64,000 nt of DNA from Rhina ancylostomus (lineage: Eukaryota). Positions within the stretch are counted from its first letter, which is position 1; each line of letters begins with the position of its first letter. Shown piece by piece: positions 13,973-26,295 of this stretch. The stretch is taken from positions 72,771,362-72,835,361 of the forward strand of contig JARFYF010000052.1 of the NCBI GenBank assembly GCA_030265395.1. The letters run 5' to 3'. Below the pieces are notes generated by a model. The model was not told the DNA's origin. It searched no databases and saw only the letters and a program-made list of their open reading frames with translations. The position numbers were made by a program, and so were the translations under genes.

Positions 13973-14291
13973 AGTTGTTCCAGTCGGCTCAAAACAAAAT
14001 ATAAATGGCTATACTTTCCAAGGATTTATGTCTCACACTAATTGCTACCCGTGCCCTTATTTGAATGCTGCATCAGCTATTGGAATAAAAAAAGAAGATG
14101 TGGATCTTTTTATTAAGAAACTGGACAAATGTCTCAAGAACTTGCTGAAAGAGAAAGGAATTTCAGGAACAGAAATGGAAATTGGAACGGCAATGCTGGA
14201 AAATTCCAAGGGCGCTGATATCGAGCAATTGTCAGAAACTCTTCAAAGTAGTCTAAAAGTTGGGACTGATGTGGTAAATCAGCCTGTCTGA
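13973..14291 (+). CDS. SEPSECS: SEPSECS terminal coding exon to TGA stop
   Basis: Polypyrimidine tract + ccag|A; [55 protein letters not shown]... matches human [37 protein letters not shown]; TGA at 14289-14291. Confidence 0.97.
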
Positions 14292-14439
14292 TACCCTTCT
14301 AATTACTGTCCTTGCTCGTTTCAGAGAACGTTCAGAAGTGCATGACTGAAAAATAATACTGATGTAGAATTATGGAATGATTCTGATTCATATCAGAGAA
14401 GCTAATGCTTCTGTGATAGCCAGGCGAGAATGGTGAAGC

Positions 14440-14690
14440 AATAAATTAACTACTGTGATCTATAACTAATTAATGGTTGGTTGTCAGTTAGCTTAACGTG
14501 TATATTTTGCAGCTAAAGTTTAGATTGGGTGTCGGAGGAAAAAGGGTAAAATAAAAAAAAAGAAAATAATTGAAAGCGTTTTTGAATTTGTACTGGCACT
14601 GCAGGAATATCCTGTATATGCTTTCTCCAGAGCATTTAGGGTAACTTGTCATTTTTGTTTGATGTTGCACAACTTTCTTTGTTTATTAAA
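14440..14690 (+). terminator. Candidate SEPSECS polyadenylation signals
   Basis: AATAAA at 14440-14445 and 14550-14555; ATTAAA at 14685-14690 followed by GT-rich sequence. Which one is used cannot be told from sequence alone. Confidence 0.45.
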
Positions 14691-15479
14691 AGCTGTTAGA
14701 CTATGTGTATGTNNNNNTGAAGCTTGCTAGTATTAAAAATGTTTAGCAAATATGAGAGGTTTTTGTGTTTTCTTAAGATGAGAGTTGGGAATAATGAATG
14801 ATGCATTTCCTTTTATCTAAAGGATTATTTGGTGGACCAGCATTGCCTTAAGAAACCACTTATCTCCTTTGCACTAGGCAGTATTGGGCTTCAGCTCTTC
14901 AGACACTTGTCAAATCAAATCCGCTATAGACTACATGGAAAAAAGCCAGGAATCATTTCACTTGAGACCCTTAACAGGCTATACTGACAGACTTAACACC
15001 CTCAAAGTAAGTTATCATTCTGCAACAGGATTATAGACCAGGAACCTAGTTATATTTGGGACTCAACTGCACACAGACTAAATAGTTGATTTTTTTTTCC
15101 TCTCCCGCTGCAGTGTGGATGTCTTTTGCAGTTGAGATTTAAGTTTAAAGGAAAGTAAATATGATTTTCACTTTGATTGCATTTGAAGAGTCCAGTTAGT
15201 CTATAAAGCCACTCCTGTTCCAAGAGGAAGAAAGAGAATAATGGGACCAAATAAAGAGGTTGTTCCATATATTGCACTTTTATTTTAAAATCTAAATGAA
15301 AGAGAACAGATCTAGCCAATACCAAAATGCTTTCATGATGTTTTCTAATTCTGCTCCAGTCTTGGCTCATCTAATGATAAAACCCTTGTCAATTCTTTTT
15401 ATCTTCAGGTTTGTCTGTTGCAACATTCCCCTAGTCAGCTTCCCTTGTTTGACCTCTGAGTTTGTGGTGCCTATGTTGT

Positions 15480-16005
15480 AGCTTGCACAAAATGCAGTTC
15501 ACTCGTTCTGTTCAGCCGGCAACTTATTCAGGCTCCAGGTTCAGCAGTGCCTCAGTTTTGAAATTCTCACCTTTTGCTTTCAAATCCCTTTGTTGCTTCA
15601 CCCTTTCCTACCTTTGTAATCTCGGCGACTCCTACAACCCTTCCAGATCTCTTGCTCTTAAGTCCAACTTATTTCTTCTTCATCCCTGCTGTTTAACTGC
15701 TGCATCTTTAGCAACTGGATCTTAAAGCACTGAGACCCTGTGATCAGGAATTCCCTCCTTAAAACCCTCCTCTCTACTTCCCCTTTGCATNNNNNNNNNN
15801 NNNNNNNNNNNNNNNNNNNNNNNNNNNNNNNNNNNNNNNNNNNNNNNNNNNNNNNNNNNNNNNNNNNNNNNNNNNNNNNNNNNNNNNNNNATCTCTGCAA
15901 CCAAATTCTTGGTCAAAGGCCCTAATATCTCCTTGCTGCATGATGTGAAACTCCTGTGAGGCATCTTGGTGTGTTTTGCTACATCAAACATGCTATAAAA
16001 ATAAT
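15480..16005 (+). mobile_element. L2-clade LINE 3' end
   Basis: Decayed ...KILTF.FKSL...SYL coding end followed by the L2-type tail cctgtgaggcatcttggtgtgttttgctacatcaaacatgctataaaaat. Confidence 0.65.
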
Positions 16006-16024
16006 ATAAACATGTTGGGGAAAA

Positions 16025-16135
16025 AAATAGCAGATGCTAGAAATCTGAAAGAAAATCAGAAAACACTGGCATTACACAGCATGTTAGACAGCATCTGTGG
16101 AGAGAGAAACAATTAAGATTTCAAGTTGATGACTT
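16025..16135 (-). mobile_element. Penelope-like element terminal fragment
   Basis: gcagatgctagaaatctgaaa...agacagcatctgtggagagagaaac; same family as 7580 and 62650; ribozyme core eroded. Confidence 0.55.
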
Positions 16136-17338
16136 GGCATTACAACATATAATATTGTTGCTTTTGTAACAAAGGAATTGAGTGAGACTGTGGGCTTTGA
16201 AACTACTAATGAGTATCATTGTGCTACACTTAGAGATGGAATACAAAAGCAAAAAACGGGTAATTACCAAGTGTTGCTGGTAATCAGAATCAATGTCACA
16301 ATCCATGTTGTAATACAACTGAAGTCTTCCTCTTTCACCGTAATGGTGATGCCAAAGGATTACTGTCTTGCAATGCAGGAATCTGAACAAACAGAGAATC
16401 TAATGGAGAACTCAAACCATCACTGTTTTTTTGTTTTGTTTCATTTTTTGTATGCAGAATGAATCTGTCTCCAATTTTCATTAACGTCTTTTATAGCAAA
16501 ATTACTTCCCTAATGATTGAGCTGAGATTGGGATTTTTTGCCCCCTCTGTCAGTTGGCTTCTCATCTTTCACTGTCCTTAAACAGGCCGCATCCAAAACT
16601 CTGTTGAAATGCTAACTCAAACCAAATCCCATTCACCCTCCTGTGCTTGACTCCTTTTCCACCAACACTCCTTTGCTGCCTTACTCAACAGCTATTGAAT
16701 TATTCAATACTGCTCTTTCCTTCCTCTCCTATCAATGTATTTAAATGAAGCTTTATATACTGTGATTAGTTGTTTCTGTTAGTATTGCAATAACATGTCT
16801 TGGCCATAATTTGTAAAACATTGTTAGTAAACTATTTTAACATCCACTTACCATAACTGTGAAACTTTTTATCACTGTTATTTTTTTGATTCACTAAACA
16901 GAAATGGCTTTGAAACTGCACTATGGGGTACTAGCACATAAACATTTAATATATTCTTCTGAAATGTCTCTACGCTACATTAAATGTTGAGTTTATATTT
17001 ACAGAGCAATTTCTGCCTGGGGCTGCAGGTGATGTGGGGCCTGCCTACGGTAACATTTCACAAAGCAACTCAAAAGCAAATGCCATGTACAACTGGTTGA
17101 AAGTCACTGTTGTATCCTTCATTATGCTGATGGACTACATCTGATGGTTGAGGAAGGGTTCACGTAGGTTAAATCCCTGAGTGGGAGAATGTATTGCTAA
17201 CTTGTAGGATGAGGCTAAATACCCATCTGTGACTGTATAAATTATCAGATTAAACTGCTTGCAGCAGCAATTTGGGTTACTAATTTAGCTGTGCAGCTTG
17301 AGGTAGTTCTTCACGATTATTTCGGATGTACCAGTTAA

Positions 17339-17690
17339 GGGCAGCAAAATGGAGCAGCTAGTGGAGCTGCTGCCTCACAGCTCCTATGAGTCAGGTTCAG
17401 TTCTGACCTCTATGTGGAGTCAGCATGTTTGCTGACCTTGCTGTCTGTGTGGAGTTTGCATGTTCTCCTCCTGATTGTCTAAGTTTCCTCCAGGTATGGT
17501 GGTTTCCTCCCACATTCCAAAGCCATGCAGGTTGGTAGGTTAATTGGCCACTATAAATTGTCCCTGGTGTATTGGTGAAGGGATGAGTCTGATGAATGTG
17601 GGAAGAATAAAACATAATGGGTATACATGAGTGTTTAATGGTTGGGAGAGAGGACCAAATGGCTTGTATCTGTGCTAAGTAACTCTGTGA
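17339..17690 (+). mobile_element. HE1/V-SINE-like SINE
   Basis: Head gggcagc...gctgctgcctcacagctcc...ggttcagttctgacc; V-domain tgtgtggagtttgcatgttctcc...ggtttcctcccacattccaaag. Confidence 0.85.
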
Positions 17691-19530
17691 TCAGTGCTTC
17701 ATTCAGCCCAGAGAAGTGTTATCAAATTTGAATCTCTGGCTGTAATGCTCCAATAAAATCTCTTTTTCCTCTATTTTAGGTCAACAGATGCTAGGAATCT
17801 CTTACTTTGAGCAAGCTCTTGGAGAAAGCTGACCAATTAACTGATGGCCATCAAGTCTCGGCCATGTAAAGGTCTGGACAGGCTGGAGATAAGTCCTGGC
17901 CCATCTGACCTCTGGGTCCACTGCAGGACTCACTTTAAGTTCAGCAGCAGAGCCGCTGAGATGCTGAGGAGAGGGGAGATGCACTTTGAATCCAACCTCA
18001 GCTTTGCTCCAGGGAAGTCTGGTGTAGGTAGTACAAGACCATTCATTTGAATGGGATTACTGACCCAATTGGGGGGTGGGGGGAGGGGGGGGAAGAAAAG
18101 TGATGTAGTTATTTTAGTTTATTTTAATATTTTTAATGATTTAGCATAGTAAGGTTTACTTAAGTTTATTTTACCTCTAATATCGGTTATATATTTCTTT
18201 AAATAATTAAATCTATTTGTGTGTCCTCAAGTTTCAGGGACATTAAAAAATGGTTCAGAAGCCTTTGACAGGTGGATTCAGAGGGCAGGGGCTTGGTGTC
18301 TGAGGCCTCTCACCCCTCAGAGTACACTCTACCTCCTGGGCCACCTAAAGGACAGAGAGTCGGTTTGTCCATTCCTCCGCCTGCACAGTTTATGTGGGCA
18401 CTGTGGATAAAGAGCCCACCTTGCTCCAGCCCTCGTGTTCAGAGAAGTGTGAAAAACATTTGATGGTGCATTTTGCAAATCTCAGTGGAAAAAGGGTCCA
18501 CGTTGATAACAGTTTTGTGAGGCAAACAGTGCATCCAAGAGCTTGATAAGCATCAAATACAATGATCATTCTCCATACCCAGCAAGTTTCATTGTAGAGA
18601 AGGACACAAAGTAGAGGCAGGATGAAGCAGAGTCAAATTAATTTGAGAGGAAAGAAAGTTGAGCAAAACAAGAATTTCAATATAATATCAATTTTACATT
18701 TTAATGACCTTTGGGAACAATTTACTACTTTCAAGAATGAGATTCTGCAGTTTCAGTTGTTCCCTTGCTGTGTTGGTGGGGCTGAGTGACATTATAAAAA
18801 CTATTAAATTCGTCTTTACCTCATTGACCACCAGCCCTTACTTTCTGCATCTCTAGTTTAATTCACAACTAATGTGTAGATGCAATAATTTCATGAAAAG
18901 CACAGTGAGGTTGATAGTGAGATTGAGTTTTAGTACTTCATAGCATATCTCTCTGTGGGCACAAATAGTTGGGGGTTACTTATGCAATAATAGCATCATG
19001 CACCATTAAACCCGCTGTTATTTTTCCAGAATATCCGGCTGCAACATTAGCTCCCTATAAAATTGTTCTGTTTTTAAAAGAACTAATATTTCACTCAATT
19101 ATAGAGTCAAAGAATTGACAATACAGAGGCAAAAGGATGTTTATTATACATGGCAGACTGGTTAAGTAAACAAGCAGGGGTGCCTGAAAGTGTAAAATTC
19201 TTATATAATGGATGATGATATTTATGATTATGTTATAAGATATTTGTTTAGGGTATTTCAATCCTCATGCTAACTAAAGTGATGCAACTTAATTACTTCC
19301 TGTCAGAAATAACATCACGTTTTAAAAAAAAACAAAAATATATTGGGAGGTTAAGAGGAAAGAACTATAAAATGGAATGGATTTTCAAGTGGTTGGAATG
19401 GCAGATGTAATGGATTATTATGCAGACTTTTTACTGCTTGGAAATTATTTTAAATCTAGAGCCATCCAAATGGAGTTCTCTTCCATCAGCAACCTAAATG
19501 AAATTTGTTCAGACAGTCTCAAACTTTAAA

Positions 19531-19785
19531 GGGGCCGCACAGTAGCATAGTGGTTAGCACAACGCTATTACAGTCCCAGCGACCCGGGTTCAATTCCTGC
19601 AGCTGCCTGTAAGGAGTTCGTACATTTTCCCATGTCTGCATGGGTTTCTTCTGGGTGCTCCGGTTTCCTCCCACATTCCAAAGATGTACAGGTAGGTTAA
19701 TTTGGGGCTTAAAATGGGCGGTGTGGACTCGTTGGGCCAGAAGGGCCTGTTGCCACATTGTAAGTAAAATTTTTTTTAAATTTAA
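19531..19785 (+). mobile_element. HE1/V-SINE-like SINE, near full length
   Basis: Pol III A box (tagcatagtgg) and B box (ggttcaattcc), V-domain, CR1-like tail tgggccagaagggcctgt. Confidence 0.88.
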
Positions 19786-19889
19786 TGCCTCACGTTGATC
19801 TATTTTGTTTTAACCAAACTGATAGTTTCACTTGCATCTTGCAAGTAATCGCAGCAAGTTTTAATATATTTTCATATGAGGGAGGCTAG

Positions 19890-20205
19890 TTTGCCCATCA
19901 AATCTATGCCTGCTCTCGCAGCATTCCCAATAGCCCCATTCCCCTATTAATATCACTGTAACCTATTCTTTGCCTATTGCTTATCAACTCCATCCCCCAG
20001 TTATCCTGTCAGCAACCTAGACAAGGGGCAGTTTACAGAAGCCAATTAACCTACCAGCAGTACATCTTTGGGATGTTAGAGCAAATTGAAGTATCTGGGG
20101 GAAAACCCATGTGGTCATAGGAGAATGTGCAAACTCCACACAGGCAGGATTGTGAACCCAAATCACCAGAGCTGTCAGACAGCAGCACTAACTACGTGCT
20201 ACCGT
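19890..20205 (-). mobile_element. Degenerate V-SINE copy
   Basis: gccaattaacctacc...tctttgggatgt...ggagaatgtgcaaactccacaca is the reverse complement of the V-domain. Confidence 0.7.
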
Positions 20206-20844
20206 AACATAATAATAAAATTGCCCTGCAACTGATTTACCTTATATTGGAGGACCTTATTCTGACACAGACTATTAAAGTGGTAATGCGTTAAATATGT
20301 TTGACTCCTCAGCGATGAATCCACATCCAACTCACTCAATGAGCATAACACCCACATAGAAACTATATATAAAGAAGCAAAAGATAAGTAGTTGGTTTGA
20401 ATGTTTGGTTAGACAGAATAATATATAACTACAGTAGTTTGACTATGTGAATTTTTTTTCAACTTATGTTTGAAGTTTTCTGTGTATCTGATTTGAATCA
20501 GGATAGGAACTTTGTATAAAATGAATGATTAACCAGGGATGGAGAGTGTAAGGAGGAGGAGCACTGAATCTAAACACTACTGGGAGCCTTGGTATCACAG
20601 ACAAAGCAACAGGCACCTCTTCTGTGTATGCAGATCCAGATATCTTAGTTGATGGAGATCCAGAAGATCCTGTTGGCTTGGGAGCTTCTGGAGGCCACCA
20701 AGCAGAGAAATGAAGTGCCAGTGGGAGGAGGTGGCCAGACAGAACAGTACACACAATGGTGCTACCAGAACTTGGTCCCAGTGCTGCAGGAAGTTTATTG
20801 ACCACACAAACCTTACAGTTCATCAACAATGGTAGTCATGTGAC

Positions 20845-22050
20845 ACATACTTCTCTCTAAAATGGATAACCTTAGAACTTTCCAAATTATATTCCATGTG
20901 CCAACTCCTTGCCGATTCATTTAACCTGTCTATATTCCTTTGCAGGCTCTTTTGGTCCACCCCACAGTTTGTTAAGCCATCTACAGTATCTTTGTATCAT
21001 CAGCAAATTTGGCAACCTGTACACTCAGTCCCTTCATCCAAGTTGTTACATAGATTGTAAGTAGTTGAGGCCCCAGCAGTTATCCTTGCTGCACCTCACG
21101 TTACTGACTTCAAAGCAAAAATGACCTTTTTTTTCCAACTTGTGGTTTTCTGTTAGTTAACCACTCTCCTAACTGTACCAATATATCATCCCCAACCCCT
21201 TGCAATCTTATTTTGTCCTTTTACATGGCCCCTTATCAAATACCTTCTAGAAATCCAAATACACTACATTATTGGCTATTAGAGCACCAGCGACCTGGGT
21301 TCAATCCCGGCCACTGTCTGTAAGGAGTTTGTATGTTATCCCCATGTCTGCGTGGGTTTCCTCCAGGTGCTCTGGTTTCCTCCCACATTCCAAAGACGTA
21401 TGGGTTAGGAAGTTGNNNNNNNNNNNNNNNNNNNNNNNNNNNNNNNNNNNNNNNNNNNNNNNNNNNNNNNNNNNNNNNNNNNNNNNNNNNNNNNNNNNNN
21501 NNNNNNNNNNNNNNNTCCAAAGACGTATGGGTTAGGAAGTTGTGGACATGCTGTATAGGCATCAGAAGTGTGACGACACTTGTGGGCTGTCCCCAGAACA
21601 TTCTATGCAAAAGATGCATTTCACTGTGTGTTTCAATGTACATGTGACTAATAAATATATCTTATTTATTGGTTTCTTGTTTTACACCCTGTGTTACATT
21701 CACAAAGAACTATAGCAAATTTGTCCAACACATTGTTCCTTTTCATAAAAAAAAACATAATGACTCTGCTTGAATGTCTTATGATTTTGTAACTTTCCAT
21801 CAACCAATAATGGTTACCAGTATTTTATCAATGACAGACATTAGGCTATCTGGCTTACAGTTTTCTGCTTTCCATCTCCTTTCTTTCTTGAATTGTGGTG
21901 GTGTTATGAGTTTTCGATCCTCTGGCATCTCTCCAGAATTTACAGAACTTTGGTAAATTACAACCAATGCATTTGTTTCCTTATGATATTAAGATGCAGT
22001 CCAGAAGGTTCAGGAGACTGTTGGACTTTAGCCTCATTAATATGCCTTTG
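20845..22050 (-). mobile_element. CR1-type LINE RT fragment interrupted by a SINE
   Basis: Minus strand encodes decayed V..DF.K.FDK.P, GVGD, Y.NNLDEG, AKFADDTKI motifs; continues on both sides of the SINE at 21276-21665. Confidence 0.75.
21276..21665 (+). mobile_element. 5'-truncated V-SINE with an alternative 3' tail, flanked by TSD TTATTGG
   Basis: B box ggttcaatccc, V-domain, tail ...cactgtgtgtttcaatgtacatgtgactaataaa; TTATTGG at 21269-21275 and 21666-21672. Confidence 0.85.
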
Positions 22051-24044
22051 TACATTTTTTTTTAACCAAGTCTAGGCACAGAACCAGCTCTTCAGATACT
22101 GGAGATTGGAGAAGGCTCCCAAGCCAACTTTGGGGAGTTAGACCTTCTAGCCAGAACTCTTCTGTCCATTCTTCTTGAGCCCCCTCTCACAAGTGTGACA
22201 TGCCTTCCCCTCCTCTCTCTCCCACTCCTATATGGAAGGTCCAGTGAGACCATCACTAAGACACTGATAACATTTAGCAAGTAAAAGTCACCAGGATCGC
22301 ATATATCAAGCAAATTCTCAATAACCTGTTAAATGCAATGAGCTTCCATCAAGTAAATCCCAAAGAAATATACAAGCAATTGATGATACCCTAAAACAGC
22401 AGGGATCTGGAGCTTCTCCTGAAGTGGTGCACAATGTGAACTCAGGGACATAGGCTATAAGGTTAACAAATGCAACATTGGAGTAGCCATCAACATTACC
22501 TTAGGAAGGGAAAGGAGATAACAGATCTGCTAATTGACCAGGAAATGAAGGGCGGACAAAATATACAGCAAACCTCAGAGGGACACTGTTAACTAAAAGA
22601 GTGGTTAACTAAAAGGGACACTCACTAATAGTCCTAGTCCGTAACAAAATTATATTATAAAATCATAGTGTAAATCTAAAGTGTATTCCAAGTACATCAG
22701 ACCTGGTTTGTGCAACAGAGTGGAAGAGGTACTAAAAGGTCTCTATGAGGAATGTGGTAATTGGAGATAATGGCATGTTAATCTTACCATCACCATGGTA
22801 ACCTTAACTGAACAAAGGGATACTTTAGACGGAAGGCCACCGAACTGTGAAGAAAGGCGATGATCAGTAAGCACAAGATGATCATGAGAGGAAAGTGATG
22901 TTACAGTGACAGATTATGTGCCTTCTCTTAGGTTGGTCAAGAAGTGATAACCAAGCACCTGGTCTCTAAATGTGTATAAAAGTGCCATGCTTTGTCCAAG
23001 CAGAGAGAGAGAATGTGTACACCACAGCCCCCAGTTAGATGAATAGGCCTCTCTTTGCCTCCTCAGATAAAAGATCTATTGAATGAATACATTCTCTTTG
23101 ACCTGAGAATAGAAAGTCTGAGTGATTCTCTTGCTCCACAACATTCACTTGTTCAGACTTGTTTTCCTGTGCATGGCTTAGATAGTGATAACTATATGTC
23201 CATGAATCCACTTCAAAGAGAAGCCACCAATTGGGAATTGCATGTGGAAAAACATCACCCATACATGCTCCATTTGGGTTTATACCAGAAGACTTGCACT
23301 TGTGTTTAAGAATCATGTTTACACTAGAAATCAATTGTGCAATGCAGAAAATAAAAAAGTGCTATATCATTGACTTTCAAGTCTCTGGAGTGGGATTGGA
23401 ACCAAGAATCTCTGACAGAGCCTGGTGGGCAGCATCTAAATCTGGTTCACAGCCTGCACTTGGTCAGGACTAAAAAGTTTGTTATATAACACACTTCTAA
23501 TAATTGAAAAACAAGTATGGGGTCATATGGAGATTTGCAACAACTTTGACTATATTAATCATTAATTATCTGCATGAGATAATGATTCTAGCCTCTGAGG
23601 TTTGCTGTATATTTTGTCTGCCCTTCATTTCCTGGTCAATTAGCAGATGTTATCTCCCTTCCCTTCCTAAGGTAATATTGATGTCTACTCCAGTTTGCAA
23701 GAGATTCCCTAAATTCAATTTGAGAAACTTGTCATCTGTATCAGCTTTGTCACTGATTCAACCAAAGGAAGGAAATGTTATATTCATTACTGAACTGCTC
23801 ATGAAGGTGGATGAAAAGGATGGCAACAATATAAGTGGAGGTTGAATGATCAGATCTCAAGAGAATTTGGATGAAGTTAAGAAGGTATCTTGTCTTCAGG
23901 AAGGCAAGTGAGAGCACACCATGAATTAACTCATTCTTCTTTGCATTTAAAGCAGGCCAACTTGCAAAGAGATTCAGCTGGAAATTCAGAAAAGCACAAT
24001 TACAGTTCAGCACTTCCAGCAGATCCACAATGGGAAATCAACTG

Positions 24045-24160
24045 AGAATCAGAAGCAGATGAGCCCTGTGGGGTGACCAGGGAGAATATGAGGTATCATT
24101 CCTGAAGTTTAGCTTCAGCTTGGGTACAGCAGTGTAGGAGACCAAGACTACAGCATTTGA
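24045..24160 (-). mobile_element. Penelope-like GIY-YIG C-terminal remnant
   Basis: Minus strand SLGLLHCCTQAEAKLQE*YLIFSL resembles the peptide at 42414-42584. Confidence 0.5.
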
Positions 24161-24614
24161 TGGAGAGGATTTGGCAACAATGCAGTGCAGCACGGGAGAA
24201 AGGGTGAGAACGGAAGCAGCGTAGCAAACATGCCCAGAAAAGAGATTGGATCAGTGATGACTTGTGCAATGATGATTTAACTAAGGATGTGGGCAAGGTG
24301 GAGCAGGGAAAAAAAATCCATAATTTTTACAAGTCTCAAGCTTTTGCACATATGCACTGTTCTTATGCATAGTCTAATGACAGTGTCCTGGCTGTAAATT
24401 CAAAGTAGATTACAATAAACAAAGAGGGGAAATTATATTCAGCAAGATCACAATAGTTGTTTCTACTGAGCAAAAAGGAAAGTAAAATGGAGAGACAAAA
24501 TAAAAGTGAGTCAGCTTAAGCAGAAAGGATTCAAACTATGGAGCCTATTGTCCAAAGAAGAAACCAAGAAGTTAGAGGCAATATCAGGAGACAGGCTTCA
24601 GAAAGACATTGGGG

Positions 24615-24699
24615 TGTCACAACGTTGATCCAGAGCAAACTCACAGAGAACCCAAATGCGGCACACTGATACAAGACTGGAGTCAGGATACTTCCTCAG
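24615..24699 (-). mobile_element. End of a young LTR (Gypsy-like U5), remainder lost in an N gap
   Basis: Terminus TGTCAC; near-identical to the reverse complement of 32884-32958. Confidence 0.6.
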
Positions 24700-25077
24700 N
24701 NNNNNNNNNNNNNNNNNNNNNNNNNNNNNNNNNNNNNNNNNNNNNNNNNNNNNNNNNNNNNNNNNNNNNNNNNNNNNNNNNNNNNNNNNNNNNNNNNNNC
24801 AGAGAAACACAGGTTCTTATGCTAGGCCCCTGATGGGGCTCAGGTGTGTATTGTTATCTAATCAGTCCAGCATGGACTCCATGTGCTGGACAACAAGGCA
24901 TTAATGGAGCCAAATTGAGGGCCAGAACTCAGAACCATGACATGGCGTTCATTTAGGAAAAATGGCTAAGGGAAACTTTCCTGTAAATTTTTGGTCATTG
25001 CTATCTTGGTATCCCTAAAGTACTGAAAAATGGTCAGTCATTCAAATTAACCACTGCCTCAACCGAATGACACTGCT

Positions 25078-25215
25078 GAGACACAAGAAATTCTGCAGAT
25101 GCTGGAATCTGAAGCAATACACAAAAAGTGCCAGAGGAACTTAGCAGGTCAGGCAGCATCCATGGAGGGAAATAAACAACCAATGTTTCAGGCCGAGACC
25201 CTTCACCAGGACTCA
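25078..25215 (-). mobile_element. Penelope-like element end with a hammerhead motif (core mutated)
   Basis: Minus strand agtcCTGGTGAagggtctcggcctGAAAcattggtt. Confidence 0.7.
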
Positions 25216-25574
25216 GCTCACTGGATATCTGTGCATATCCAAGTGTCATCGCAATGGGGAGGGAACCCATTCAGCTTTCCACATTCATTCACTCATGGTA
25301 TCCAGGTTTCATTGTTTCATCAACCAACTGTTCTCATACAGTGTCAGAGTATCTCTCTCCAAGATACTGCAAGATAATTGGGAATTTAAACTCCCACCAA
25401 GGGCATTTTATTCACTAAATGCTTACACATTGAGACAGCATTCTTGGTGTAGCTTTCTCTACAGAGACACACAAGGCCTGGAACTTTCCATACACTGAAC
25501 AATGTTGCAACAACATGGAGGGCCAGTAGTCAACCTTAAAACAGCGTGAAGATCCACATCCAGACAAACCTTCT

Positions 25575-25665
25575 TCATGAAGAAGGGTCCTGACCTGAAA
25601 CGTTGACCACCTACTTTTCTCCATGGATGCTGCCTGGCCTGCTGAGTTCCTTCAGCATCATCCTG
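25575..25665 (+). mobile_element. Penelope-like element end with a hammerhead motif, inverted relative to the 25078 copy
   Basis: ATGAAGA-a-gggtc-ct-gacct-GAAA-cgtt-gac, then ...ccatggatgctgcctggcctgctgagttccttcagcat. Confidence 0.7.
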
Positions 25666-26044
25666 GAATGAAAAAAAAAATGGATTTTGATGCCTATACA
25701 AGACAGCCAAAGAACAAATCCAGCAACTTCAGTGCTAAAATTCCTGAAAGAGTAGAGGCAGCAAAACAAAGTGCAAATTTTAAAAATCGCATATCAAAGT
25801 AAAAAAACAAAACAAAAAAGCAGAAAATATCAAAAATACATAGTATACCCATCAGCAGTTGAAATGGTCAATTAATTCTTTCATTCCCAGTATGCGAACT
25901 TCATTGACAAGGCTAGTATTTACTGCTCGTCTTTAAGTGGCTCCTGAAGTGAGTTAGATCATTTCACAGTCTGTTAAAAGTCAACCATCTCCAAGCCCTG
26001 GTTTGCACTATGGTGTACAAGAACTTTGGCTGCTGCTGAACATG

Positions 26045-26295
26045 CTTATACAATTAGTGCAACACACTGAGTTCTGTATTTTCTTTGTCTAACTCGGTTT
26101 TGCACTAACTTTGCATTAAATTGTATTCTGTATATACCATTTTTTGCCCTATTTGTACTTGCACAATTTTTTTGTCTGCATTTACTGTGTGTTATCTGTT
26201 TTATGTATGCCCTCTGTTGTGTGAGTTTGGGGGAAACGATATTTTGTTCCTCCATGTGTTTTTATAGTATATGGGTGAATGATAATAAAGTAACT
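26045..26295 (+). mobile_element. Non-LTR retroelement 3' tail (Rex/RTE-like) nested in an older SINE-like repeat (~25875-26540, minus strand)
   Basis: T-rich body ending aataaagtaacttgaa; direct repeat TGAACATG at 26037-26044 and 26296-26303. Confidence 0.55.

Noticed and set aside
14342-14840. Possible SECIS elements in the SEPSECS 3' UTR (ATGA at 14342, ~14377, ~14793)
   Set aside because: None shows by eye an 11-12-bp helix II with an apical AA and a matching GA quartet; the hairpin tctgat-tcat-atcaga is too short.
19531-19605. tRNA-like sequence with A and B boxes
   Set aside because: It is the head of a SINE and continues directly into the V-domain; no tRNA gene, including tRNA-Sec, is supported in this window.
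22700-23325. Possible second solo LTR (TATAAAA near 22975)
   Set aside because: I could not define TG...CA termini or a TSD.
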